From contig CBDIIB010000005.1 of the NCBI GenBank assembly GCA_965279525.1, forward strand, positions 928,001 to 992,000: a DNA stretch of 64,000 bases, in the 5' to 3' direction. Shown one piece after another: positions 24,781 to 33,829 of the stretch. The stretch's first letter is position 1. The number at the start of each line of letters is the position of its first letter. The DNA comes from Tagaea sp. GTDB taxonomy: Bacteria; Pseudomonadota; Alphaproteobacteria; CACIAM-22H2. The notes beneath the pieces were generated by a model. It was not told where the DNA came from, made no database searches, and saw only the letters and a program-made list of their open reading frames with translations. Made by a program: the position numbers and the translations under genes.

Positions 24781-25914
24781 TCAGGCAGCCAACGGCCGGT
24801 CGCCGAAGTCGGCCATCACCTGACGGACCCTCGACATGTTGTCCGCCAGTGCTGCCACGCAGTCGGCGTTGAGCTTTGCCGGCACCATGCGGGACAGTTC
24901 GGCAAGGGCCCGTTCGATCGGCCAAGCTTCCTTGTAGGGCCGATGGGATGTCAGCGCGTCGAAGATGTCGGCAACGGCAAGGATCTGCGCCTCGATCGGC
25001 ATTCCGGCAGCCGTCAGGCCGTAGGGGTAGCCGGAGCCGTCGAGTTTCTCGTGATGGTAGCGCACAGTATTGCGCAGTATCTCGATGCCGGCGATCTCGC
25101 CCAGCCCGAGGCTGTCGACGATCTTGTCGACCATGGCGAGGCCGATCTCGACATGCTCTTTCATCGCCTCGAATTCCGCTACCGTCAGCTTGCCGGGCTT
25201 GAGCAGGATCGAGTCGGGCACGCCGACCTTCCCGATGTCGTGCAGGGGTGCGAACTGGAAGAGCTTGGCGACAAAATCGTCGTCGAGTCCGTATTTCGGC
25301 GCGATCGCGTCGGCGATGATCGCCGAATAGTGCGACATGCGCGTCAGGTGCTCGGCCGTATCGGTATCGCGATATGCGCTGATCGCCTGTGCCGACGTGA
25401 TGGCGGCCGAGAACGTCCGGTAGTAGGAAATCTCGAGCGCCAGATGCAGCCCGGCGAGACGCACGAACGGGTCGATCGCCGAAACATGTGCGGGCCCGAA
25501 ATATCCCGGGACGCTCGAATTGACGAAGATGATGCCGATAAGGTGCGAGCCGTAATAGATTGCGCGCGCGTAGCTCGACCGGAAGCCCATTTCGAGCAGT
25601 CGCTCCGTATGGGTGTGGCCGGTTCCGGCGAAGACCTGCAGATCGTCGATCACGCGCTCCGCTCCCGCCTCGCGGGCAAACGCGAGCGACGGCACGTCGG
25701 CAAGCTTTGCCGCATAATGCACGAGCGAGGAAGTTCCGAGACTATTGTCGGCAAAAGTATGGAGCATGTCGCTCGGCCTGTCGTAGACCGCCGAGGCGAA
25801 ACGCAGGCGTTGCGTTCCGCCGAGCATGGCGGACGCCGACGACTGCAGTTCGCACAGTCGCGCGGCAAATGAGGAGTTCCGGTCCAGATCCGGCAAGGAC
25901 GGGAGGTAGCTCAT
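24781..25914 (-). CDS. HD-GYP c-di-GMP phosphodiesterase with N-terminal GAF-like domain
   Basis: T.EHL.RM, PLHDIGKVGVPDSILLKPGKLT, HHEKLDGSGYP, ADIFDALTS.RPYK; GAGG RBS before ATG 25914. Confidence 0.92.
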   Translation of the reverse strand: MSYLPSLPDLDRNSSFAARLCELQSSASAMLGGTQRLRFASAVYDRPSDMLHTFADNSLGTSSLVHYAAKLADVPSLAFAREAGAERVIDDLQVFAGTGHTHTERLLEMGFRSSYARAIYYGSHLIGIIFVNSSVPGYFGPAHVSAIDPFVRLAGLHLALEISYYRTFSAAITSAQAISAYRDTDTAEHLTRMSHYSAIIADAIAPKYGLDDDFVAKLFQFAPLHDIGKVGVPDSILLKPGKLTVAEFEAMKEHVEIGLAMVDKIVDSLGLGEIAGIEILRNTVRYHHEKLDGSGYPYGLTAAGMPIEAQILAVADIFDALTSHRPYKEAWPIERALAELSRMVPAKLNADCVAALADNMSRVRQVMADFGDRPLAA

Positions 25915-25979
25915 GCGGGCGTCCTCATTCACGCGCGGGCGGCACAACCGGCCGAACGATTCATTTACATACTATGTGC

Positions 25980-25995
25980 GTAAACAAGCCGTTAA
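25980..25995 (-). promoter_or_regulatory. Putative CtrA binding site
   Basis: Minus strand TTAA-CGGCTTG-TTTAC versus consensus TTAA-N7-TTAAC; upstream of HD-GYP; GANTC at 25958. Confidence 0.45.
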
Positions 25996-26012
25996 GGCGG
26001 GCAGCCCGCCCG

Positions 26013-27152
26013 TCAGCCGCCCAGATGCGGAGCCGCGAGGTAATCCTCGCTCTGCATCTCGTGCAGGCGGCTCGCCGTGCGCTGGAATTCGAACGCGTGG
26101 TCGCCGGCCGGATGGAGCGATTCCGGGTCGGCGGCGGCGGCCATCACGAGCTTGGCGCGATGCTCGTAAAGCGCGTCGACCAACACCACGAAGCGGCGCG
26201 CCTCGTTGCGGTTGTCGGGCGTGAGGATCGGCACGCCGTCGAGGACCAGCGTGTGGCAGGTCCGGGCAAGGGCGAGGAAGTCGGCGGCACCCAGCGCCTT
26301 CTTGCAAAGATCGTCGAACGACGCGAAGGCGACACCCCCGCCCGCACGCTTCAGTTCAAGTTCGCGCCCACCCACGTCGAGCGTCAGCGGGCCGATGCTC
26401 GCCCCTTCGGTCAGCGTGGCGAACGCCTTTTCCAGTTCGGCGCTTGCCGCGGCACCTAGGGGTGCGTGATAGACCGGCAGGCCGCGGATGCGGATGCGCC
26501 GGTAATCGATGCCGCCATCCAGCGCCAGAACGTCGAGCTTCTCCTTCAGCAGTGCGATCGCCGGCAGGAAGCGTTCGCGCTGCAGGCCGTTGGCATAGAG
26601 ATCGTCGGGTTCGAGATTCGAGGTCGCGACGACGACGACACCTTTTTCAAGCAACGCGCCGAACAGCCGGCCCAGGATCATCGCGTCGGCGATGTTGGTC
26701 ACCTGGAACTCGTCGAAGCACAGCAGCCACGCCTCGTCGGCGATGGTCTGCGCCAAGGGCGGGATCGGATCGCCGTCGCCCTTCTTGGCCTCGAGCGTCT
26801 GGCGCCAGGCGTGGATACGCGAATGCACTTCGAGCATGAAGGCGTGGAAATGCACGCGGCGTTTCATCTCGACGGGTGCGTGCGCGAAGAACAGGTCCAT
26901 CAGCATCGACTTGCCGCGCCCCACGCCGCCGAAGAAATAGAGGCCGGTGGGAGGTGCGCCACGCTGCTCGGTGCCGAACTTGCGCGCGAAACCCAGCGAG
27001 GCCCGCCAGAAGCCGGGTCGCGGATCGGGCCTGTAGCTCGCCAGCGCCCGCGACAGCGTTTCGAGCTTCTCGACCGCGAAGGCCTGCGCGGGATCGGGTT
27101 TGATCTCGCCCGCTGCCAGCTTGGCGCGATAGGCGTCGAGAAGCGCCGTCAT
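26013..27152 (-). CDS. zapE: AFG1/ZapE family ATPase
   Basis: GGVGRGKSMLMDLF, RVHFHAFM, CFDEFQV, RTASRL.EMQS; ATGA overlap with cobB. Confidence 0.93.
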   Translation of the reverse strand: MTALLDAYRAKLAAGEIKPDPAQAFAVEKLETLSRALASYRPDPRPGFWRASLGFARKFGTEQRGAPPTGLYFFGGVGRGKSMLMDLFFAHAPVEMKRRVHFHAFMLEVHSRIHAWRQTLEAKKGDGDPIPPLAQTIADEAWLLCFDEFQVTNIADAMILGRLFGALLEKGVVVVATSNLEPDDLYANGLQRERFLPAIALLKEKLDVLALDGGIDYRRIRIRGLPVYHAPLGAAASAELEKAFATLTEGASIGPLTLDVGGRELELKRAGGGVAFASFDDLCKKALGAADFLALARTCHTLVLDGVPILTPDNRNEARRFVVLVDALYEHRAKLVMAAAADPESLHPAGDHAFEFQRTASRLHEMQSEDYLAAPHLGG

Positions 27153-27859
27153 GCCACGCCCAGCAGCTCGGCGACGAAGCCGGGCACCACGTGCGTGGCC
27201 GGGCCGTAGCGCGTCTCGGAAAAGGCGCTGGCGCCCGCCGAGGGTTCGAGATTGAGCTCGACCGTGCGCGCACCCGCCGCGCGCGCGATCTCGACGAAGC
27301 CCGCCGCCGGATGGACGTTGCCCGACGTGCCGATCGACACGAACAGGCTGCACGCGGCGATCTTTTCGTGCACTTCGTCCATGTAGAGCGGCATCTCGCC
27401 GAACCACACGACATGCGGGCGCAGGCTGCCGCGCCCGTCGCACGCCGGGCAGCGCGAGGTGGGGGAAAGGTCGCTGCGCAGATCGGCAAGGATGCCGCAG
27501 GCCATGCAGCGCGCCTTCAGAAGTTCGCCGTGGATGTGGCGGACGTTCCGCGAGCCGGCACGCTCGTGCAGGTCGTCGATGTTCTGGGTGACAAGCGTCA
27601 CCTCGCCGCCCGTCCAGTTCGCTTCGAGGATCGCGAGCGCCACGTGCGCGTCGTTGGGCTGGATCGCCGGATCGAGCAGGCCCTTGCGGCGCGCGTTGTA
27701 GAACGCGTGCACGCGCGCCTCGTCGCGCACGAAGGCCTGCGGGGTCGCCACGTCCTCGACGCGCACGCTTGCCCAGATGCCGTCGGGGTCGCGGAAGGTG
27801 GACAACCCCGATTCTTTGGATATACCGGCACCGGTAAGGATCACGATCGAGCCCGTCAT
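27149..27859 (-). CDS. cobB: NAD-dependent protein deacylase (sirtuin)
   Basis: LTGAGIS.ESG..TFR, TQNIDDLHERAG, HG, CxxC/CxxC, LRPHVVWFGE, GTSG. Confidence 0.95.
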   Translation of the reverse strand: MTGSIVILTGAGISKESGLSTFRDPDGIWASVRVEDVATPQAFVRDEARVHAFYNARRKGLLDPAIQPNDAHVALAILEANWTGGEVTLVTQNIDDLHERAGSRNVRHIHGELLKARCMACGILADLRSDLSPTSRCPACDGRGSLRPHVVWFGEMPLYMDEVHEKIAACSLFVSIGTSGNVHPAAGFVEIARAAGARTVELNLEPSAGASAFSETRYGPATHVVPGFVAELLGVA

Positions 27860-28331
27860 GCCCCGGCACCCTATCGAAAAGCGGCCTTCAGGAAAATCCG
27901 TTCTGTTCGTCTGCACGGGAAATATCTGCCGTTCGCCGACGGCCGAAGCGGTTTTCCGCCTTGCCGCGACGCGCGCCGGCATCGCGGCGCAGGCCGATTC
28001 GTGCGGCACACAGGGCTACCATGTCGGCGAGCCGCCCGACCCACGCGCCCAGCGCCACGCGGCCCGGCGCGGCTACGAGCTCGCCACCCTGCGCGCACGG
28101 CGCATCGCGGACGAGGATTTCGATGCCTTCGACCTGATCCTCGCCTGCGACGGTGGCCACTACCGGGCGCTGCTGGCAAGGGCACCTGCGCACGCGCACG
28201 CGAAGATCCGCCTGCTGCGCGCCGACGGCGGCGACATCCTCGATCCCTATTATGACGGACCGGAAGCCTTCGAGACGGTGCTGGACCAGATCGAGGCGGA
28301 GTGCGCGCGGCTGGTCGCGGAACTCGGCTAG
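27858..28331 (+). CDS. Low-molecular-weight protein-tyrosine phosphatase
   Basis: VCTGNICRSP P-loop and DPYY motif. Confidence 0.92.
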   Translation: MPRHPIEKRPSGKSVLFVCTGNICRSPTAEAVFRLAATRAGIAAQADSCGTQGYHVGEPPDPRAQRHAARRGYELATLRARRIADEDFDAFDLILACDGGHYRALLARAPAHAHAKIRLLRADGGDILDPYYDGPEAFETVLDQIEAECARLVAELG

Positions 28332-28867
28332 GCCGCCAGCATGTATTCGGCCTCGGGCGTGTAGATCGAACCCGAGGACTGACGATAGCTCGAATAGAGC
28401 ACGAACTGGTCGACCGTCATCGGACCCGCGCGGAACAGCGAATTGACCGCGAGCCATTCCTGGATCTTCGGCAGGTTCGCGTCGCGCAATTTGGCGAGCG
28501 TGACATGCGGGGTGAACCGGCGCTGCTCGTCAGGCAGGCCCAGGCGGCGCAGCGTGTTGTCGACACGCTCGTGCAGCGCCATCAGCTCGGCGCACTTGCG
28601 CACGCCTGCCCACAGCACGCGCACTTCGTTGCCACTGGAGAAATGCCCGACGCCGGATAGCTCGATGTCGAAGCGCTTCGGGCGCACATGGGCGAGTGCG
28701 TAGCCGACTTCCTCGGCCATGTCGCCCGGCACCTCGCCGATGAAGCGCAGCGTGATGTGGAAGTTCTCGTCCGGGATCCAGCGCGCACCCGGCACGCCGC
28801 CGCACATTCCGTCCAGCCGCAGCCGGACGTCTTCCGGCAAGGGCACGCCGATAAAAAGGCGGTACAT
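28328..28867 (-). CDS. thpR: RNA 2',3'-cyclic phosphodiesterase (2H family)
   Basis: RLFIG, two HxT motifs (FHITL, PHVTL). Confidence 0.92.
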   Translation of the reverse strand: MYRLFIGVPLPEDVRLRLDGMCGGVPGARWIPDENFHITLRFIGEVPGDMAEEVGYALAHVRPKRFDIELSGVGHFSSGNEVRVLWAGVRKCAELMALHERVDNTLRRLGLPDEQRRFTPHVTLAKLRDANLPKIQEWLAVNSLFRAGPMTVDQFVLYSSYRQSSGSIYTPEAEYMLAA

Positions 28868-28939
28868 CGCATCCCCCGACGCGAATCTCGACCCTTCGAG
28901 GCGTAGACGGATTCGCCGGACCTTACAAGCCGCAGGCCG

Positions 28940-29983
28940 TTACGGGCAGGGGTTCGGGTTCATCGCATGGACCTTGTCGATCGCCGCCAGCACGTCGGCG
29001 GAAAGCGTCACGTCGATCGACGCGATGTTCGTCTCGAGCTGGGCGAGCGTCGTGGCCCCGATGATGTTCGACGTGACGAAAGGCCGGCCGGTGACATAGG
29101 CCAGCGCCATCTGCGCTGGATCGAGACCGGCCGCGCGCGCGATGCGCACGTACTCGGCCGCTGCCGGTTCCGCGCGCGGCGTGGAATAACGCTGGAAGCG
29201 CGCATAGCGTGTCAGGCGCCCTTCGGGCGGACGTGCGCCATTCAGGTATTTGCCCGCCAGCACGCCCATGCCGAGCGGCGAATAGGCGAGCAAGCCGACG
29301 TCTTCGCGGACCGTCATTTCGGTGAGGCCGACGTCGAAGCTGCGGTTGAGAAGATTGAAGGCGTTCTGGATCGACACGATGCGCGGGCCCTTGCCGGCAT
29401 CCGAAAGCGCCAGATGCTTCATCACGCCCCAGGGCGTTTCGTTCGACACGCCGAAATGGCGGATCTTCCCCTCCTTCACGAGGGCGGCCATCGTCGCGAC
29501 CGTCTCCTCGATCGGGGCACCCTGGTCAGCACCTGGCTCGACCGAGAAGTCGAGCCGCCCGAAGCGGTTGGCCGGGCGGTCGGGCACGTGCGTCTGGTAG
29601 AGGTCGATATAGTCGGTCTGCAGGCGCTTGAGCGACGCCTCGACCGCCGCGCGGATGTTTTTCGCGTCGAGGCCCGAGCCGTTGCGGATATGTGCCGTCC
29701 CGTTGCCCCGGCTGGCGACCTTGGTGGCAACGATCACGTCGGCGCGCTTCGCCCTGTTCTTCGCGAGCCAGGTGCCGAGCACCGCCTCGGTAGCGCCGTA
29801 GGTTTCCGGCTTGGGCGGCACCGGATACATCTCAGCCGCATCGAGGAAATTGATGCCCTTCGAAAGCGCCAGATCGATCTGCGCGTGGCCTTCGGCTTCG
29901 GTGTTCTGCTCGCCCCACGTCATCGTGCCAAGGCAGATCGCGGAGACGGACAGGTCGGTCCGTCCGAGTTTACGGTATTGCAT
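28940..29983 (-). CDS. tas: NADP(H)-dependent aldo/keto reductase (Tas-like)
   Basis: LGTMTWGEQN, DAAEMYP, SLKRLQTDYIDLYQ, GVSNETPWG. Confidence 0.9.
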   Translation of the reverse strand: MQYRKLGRTDLSVSAICLGTMTWGEQNTEAEGHAQIDLALSKGINFLDAAEMYPVPPKPETYGATEAVLGTWLAKNRAKRADVIVATKVASRGNGTAHIRNGSGLDAKNIRAAVEASLKRLQTDYIDLYQTHVPDRPANRFGRLDFSVEPGADQGAPIEETVATMAALVKEGKIRHFGVSNETPWGVMKHLALSDAGKGPRIVSIQNAFNLLNRSFDVGLTEMTVREDVGLLAYSPLGMGVLAGKYLNGARPPEGRLTRYARFQRYSTPRAEPAAAEYVRIARAAGLDPAQMALAYVTGRPFVTSNIIGATTLAQLETNIASIDVTLSADVLAAIDKVHAMNPNPCP

Positions 29984-30010
29984 CTTGTCGGGACTCCGGT
30001 GCGGGGGACG

Positions 30011-31138
30011 TCAGACGAACAGCGCGAGGACGCCGGTATAGCCGTAGAGACGGGCGTTGGAAATCTCGCCGTTGCAGAACATGCCGACGATCGGGATGTC
30101 GCCGAGCGACTCGCGGATCAGGCGGCGCTCTTCCGAGCCCGGCCCGAACAGATGGGGACCACGCGCCAGGCACGAGAAATAGATGCCGGCCTTGGCGCGC
30201 GGGGCCCGCCGGCGCAGTCCTTCGAGCATCTCGACCATGTCCTGCGTGGCGGCCGCCCGGTCGCGGCGCACGAACATGATGCGGTCGCCCGGTTCGACCG
30301 AAGCACCCACCGCGACCAGCCCCTCGCCCGGATCGATGCCGGTGAGATTGCGCACCAGATAGTCGGCCGAGTCGGAACCGGGCACCGGCAGGGCCGCATG
30401 GATGTGGCCGGCGACCTGGCGCAGGTCGCGGCCCAGCATCTCGCCGATGTCTTCCTTGAACACGTCGAGTGCAGGCCTGCCGTCGATGCCGATCAGCACG
30501 TTTCCGTCGGCCGCGTTGACGCGGTGCATCGGCCCGATGGGCGAGCAGCCTTGCGTGATGCCCGTGACGACGGCCACCTGGTGGGCGAACAGCACGCCCG
30601 ACACGCCGCCTTCGACGACCTTGCCGGCGATCTGGGCGGTCGCCCGTTCGCCCGACGACAGGCCGCCGACGAGGAACGCGTCGCTTGCCTCGGCGATGCC
30701 GCCGATCATGTCGGCAAGTTCCGGGCAGCGCGGATCGGCATGCACGACGCCGAAGGCCGGCCGCTTGGCCGCGATCCACGGACCGAACGGGGCAAGCGGC
30801 GTCAGGTCGTCGGTGAGGTTGGGCAGGACCCGATAGGAATCCGCGGGCACGTCAAGGGCGATGGCGGCGATCGCGGCGGTATCGAACACCTCCTCGTCGC
30901 CAAGCACGCCCATGCCGATCGAGCCGACCCAGTCCTGGATGCCCGACACGCGGCGCACGACGGCGAGGACTTCTTCCAGCCGGTCGGCAAGCACGTCGGT
31001 CGCGTAGAGGAAGCCGAGCCGTGCAGTCGGCAGGCTGCGCGATAGCGATTCGCCGATCTCGACGGCGAGTTTGCCCCAGTTGAGGGGGTCGGCGTTGCGC
31101 GCCTGGGCGAAGGCGATCTGGGGAGCGATCTGCGGCAT
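30011..31138 (-). CDS. FIST N/C domain signal-transduction protein
   Basis: GITQGCSPIG, YLVRNLTGID, YFSCLARG, FCNGEI...LYGYTGVL; start uncertain (31138 or 31204). Confidence 0.8.
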   Translation of the reverse strand: MPQIAPQIAFAQARNADPLNWGKLAVEIGESLSRSLPTARLGFLYATDVLADRLEEVLAVVRRVSGIQDWVGSIGMGVLGDEEVFDTAAIAAIALDVPADSYRVLPNLTDDLTPLAPFGPWIAAKRPAFGVVHADPRCPELADMIGGIAEASDAFLVGGLSSGERATAQIAGKVVEGGVSGVLFAHQVAVVTGITQGCSPIGPMHRVNAADGNVLIGIDGRPALDVFKEDIGEMLGRDLRQVAGHIHAALPVPGSDSADYLVRNLTGIDPGEGLVAVGASVEPGDRIMFVRRDRAAATQDMVEMLEGLRRRAPRAKAGIYFSCLARGPHLFGPGSEERRLIRESLGDIPIVGMFCNGEISNARLYGYTGVLALFV

Positions 31139-31215
31139 GGCTACGACATCCTGACGGAATCCCGATGCGAACGCCAACCGCATTTCCGGTGATCGCTCCC
31201 CCATCCGACCCTCCG

Positions 31216-31566
31216 TCAGTCCATGCAGACGGCTTCCACGTTGTTGCCGTCCGGATCGTAGGCGAAGCCCGCGTAGTAGGTCGGGCTGTAATCCGCGCGC
31301 AGGCCCGGCGCGCCGTTGTCCTTGCCGCCGGCCTTCAGCGCTGCCGCATGGAATGCGGCGACGGCCTTGCGGTCCTTCGCCCTGAACGCCACGTGCGTGC
31401 CGCCCGCCGCATTCTTCGATTCGTAGAGCCACAAGGCGGGTGCGTCCGGCGGGCCGAAGCCGGTGCCCGAGCTGTCAGGCACGAAGCCGAGCGGCTTCAG
31501 GACGGCCGTGTAGAATTCGCGGCTCGCGGCGAGGTCTTTCACCTTGAGGCCGATATGGTCGTACAT
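31216..31566 (-). CDS. VOC/glyoxalase family protein
   Basis: MYDHIGL, HVAF, DNGAPGLR, DPDGNNVEAV; GGAG RBS. Confidence 0.9.
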   Translation of the reverse strand: MYDHIGLKVKDLAASREFYTAVLKPLGFVPDSSGTGFGPPDAPALWLYESKNAAGGTHVAFRAKDRKAVAAFHAAALKAGGKDNGAPGLRADYSPTYYAGFAYDPDGNNVEAVCMD

Positions 31567-31595
31567 GCTGTTCCTCCGTCGTTGGAGGGACAGGA

Positions 31596-32444
31596 CTAGG
31601 CGATGGCCGCCGGCCGTTCTTGGAGAATCTTGCTGTTGCGCGTGCGCGCGGCACGGCGGAATTCGCGCGGCGTGACGCCGGCCGCCCGACGGAAACTGCG
31701 CATGAAATTTGAAAGATCGGCGAAGCCGGACTCGTAGGCGATGTCGGTGACGGGTGCGTCGGCTTCGACCAGCAGGCGGGCCGCCCGGCGCAAGCGCGCG
31801 CGGACCAGATACTGGTGCGGCGTGACGCCCAGCACGCGCGTGAAGACGCGCAGGAAATGGAACGTGCTCAACCCCGCTTCGGCCGCGGCGGCGGCAAGAT
31901 CGATCTCCCGGTCGGCATGGGCGTCGATCCACAAGGCCGTTTCCACGGCCCGGCGCCGGTCGCGCGGCGTGCCATCGGGTGCCGGCGCCTTGCGGCCAGC
32001 GACGAGTTCGACGAACCGCGCGGCGAATGCATGTCCGATCTCGTCGAGCCCGATGTCGCTGTTGCCGTCGGCGACGCCTTGCGCGAGTTCGCCCAGCACC
32101 ATCATCCCGGGCAGCGGCGGCAGGGCGCCGCTGCGCCACAGTTCCGCGCGATCGCCGAGGCCGGCCAGTGCTTCGCGCGACAGGCGGAAAGACAGGCACT
32201 CGTCGCCGCACGCATGATGGTCGTGGGTGCAGACATATTCGTCGCCCGGATGGCCGGCCAGCACGGCACCGGCCACCAGCTCGTGCGTGCGGCCGCGATA
32301 GCGGTAGCCGAAGCTGCCCCGGCGCACATACGCCAGCGACAGGCCGCGATGCTGCTCGGCGAAAGGCCGGGCACCGGGCCCCGCATCGCAGCGATAGTCC
32401 GTCACCGTCATGAAGGCGGTCTCGATGAGGGTACGGACCTGCAT
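31596..32444 (-). CDS. AraC family transcriptional regulator
   Basis: [10 protein letters not shown]...[29 protein letters not shown]. Confidence 0.92.
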   Translation of the reverse strand: MQVRTLIETAFMTVTDYRCDAGPGARPFAEQHRGLSLAYVRRGSFGYRYRGRTHELVAGAVLAGHPGDEYVCTHDHHACGDECLSFRLSREALAGLGDRAELWRSGALPPLPGMMVLGELAQGVADGNSDIGLDEIGHAFAARFVELVAGRKAPAPDGTPRDRRRAVETALWIDAHADREIDLAAAAAEAGLSTFHFLRVFTRVLGVTPHQYLVRARLRRAARLLVEADAPVTDIAYESGFADLSNFMRSFRRAAGVTPREFRRAARTRNSKILQERPAAIA

Positions 32445-32445
32445 G

Positions 32446-33120
32446 TCAGGACGCCGCGAGGAACTGGCGAAGATGCGGCAGCAGGCTTGCGACGATTTTA
32501 TCGACGCCGGCGGGATTGGGGTGGATCCCGTCGGCCTGGTTCAGTGCCGGGTCGGCCGCCACGCCTTCGAGGAAGAAGGGATAGAGCGCCGCCTTGTGCT
32601 TCTGGGCCACGCGCGGATAGACGGCCTTGAAGCGGCCGGAATAGTCGCTGCCCATGTTGGGCGGGGCCAGCATGCCGGCCAGCATCACGCGGCTGCCGCG
32701 CGCGGCCAGCTTCTCGACGATGCGGTCGAGATTGCGCTCCATCGCGTCCACGTCGAGGCCACGCAACCCGTCATTGGCCCCCAGCGCCACGAACGCGAAC
32801 TCGGGCGCCTTGTCGCCGAGCGCCCAGTCGAGACGTGCGAGACCGCCGGCACTCGTGTCGCCCGACACGCCGGCATTGACGATCTCGACGGCAAGACCGG
32901 CCTCGCGCAAGGCCGCTTCGAGCTTCGCCGGGAACGCCAGCGAGGCCGGCAGGCCGTAGCCGGCGGTCAGGCTGTCGCCGAGCAGCAGCAGGCGGCGACG
33001 GGCCTGCGCACGCGCCTGAATAGGCCATGACAGGCAAAGACTTGCCGCACCCGCGTTGAAAAGAAGCCGGCGGCGACCATATGTTGAAGATCCCGGCACC
33101 GACCCTGAAAGCGAACGCAT
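32446..33120 (-). CDS. tesA: GDSL/SGNH arylesterase (TesA-like)
   Basis: [32 protein letters not shown]; start uncertain. Confidence 0.88.
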   Translation of the reverse strand: MRSLSGSVPGSSTYGRRRLLFNAGAASLCLSWPIQARAQARRRLLLLGDSLTAGYGLPASLAFPAKLEAALREAGLAVEIVNAGVSGDTSAGGLARLDWALGDKAPEFAFVALGANDGLRGLDVDAMERNLDRIVEKLAARGSRVMLAGMLAPPNMGSDYSGRFKAVYPRVAQKHKAALYPFFLEGVAADPALNQADGIHPNPAGVDKIVASLLPHLRQFLAAS

Positions 33121-33829
33121 GTCCGTTGCTCCTGCCGCCCCGATCGTCGAATTGCGCGACGTCCACCTGAAGTTGGCGAGCCAGGCGGGTGAGGTCAATA
33201 TCCTGCGCGGGGTCGATCTTGCAATGATGCCGGGCGAAAGCCTTGCGGTCGTCGGCCCATCCGGTTCGGGCAAGTCGACAATGATGATGATCGTCGCCGG
33301 TCTCGAGCGGCCCACGCAAGGCAGCGTGCGCGTCGCCGGACAGGATCTGGGAACGCTCGACGAGGACGGTCTGGCCCTGTTCCGCCGGCGCAATGTCGGC
33401 ATCGTCTTCCAGGCCTTCCACCTGATCCCGACGATGACCGCGCTTGAAAACGTCGCGATCCCGCTGGAGTTCGCCGGCGATGCCGACGCGTGGGACAAGG
33501 CGCGCGCGGCACTCGACTCGGTCGGGCTTTCGCACAGGACCACGCATTATCCCGGCCAGATGTCGGGCGGCGAGCAGCAGCGCACGGCGCTTGCGCGCGC
33601 CTTCGTGGCCCAGCCGGCCCTGCTGCTGGCCGACGAGCCCACCGGCAATCTGGATGCGACGACCGGCCATTCGATCGTCGACCTGATGTTCGACCTCAAA
33701 GACCGGCTCGGCACCGCCCTGCTGCTGATCACGCACGACGCGAAGCTCGCCGCCCGCTGCGGGCGGGCCGTGCGCATGGACGACGGCAAGCTTTCGCCGG
33801 CACCCGCCCTGATGTCGGCCGCCCAGTGA
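33119..33829 (+). CDS. ABC transporter ATP-binding protein (YbbA/LolD-like)
   Basis: GPSGSGKST, MSGGEQQR, ADEPTGNLD, ITHD. Confidence 0.92.
   Translation: MSVAPAAPIVELRDVHLKLASQAGEVNILRGVDLAMMPGESLAVVGPSGSGKSTMMMIVAGLERPTQGSVRVAGQDLGTLDEDGLALFRRRNVGIVFQAFHLIPTMTALENVAIPLEFAGDADAWDKARAALDSVGLSHRTTHYPGQMSGGEQQRTALARAFVAQPALLLADEPTGNLDATTGHSIVDLMFDLKDRLGTALLLITHDAKLAARCGRAVRMDDGKLSPAPALMSAAQ

Noticed and set aside
27149-27859. Sirtuin next to an ATPase as a possible anti-phage (Sir2-HerA/Thoeris-like) system
   Set aside because: The proteins are canonical zinc-binding CobB and AFG1/ZapE housekeeping types, not defence SIR2/HerA
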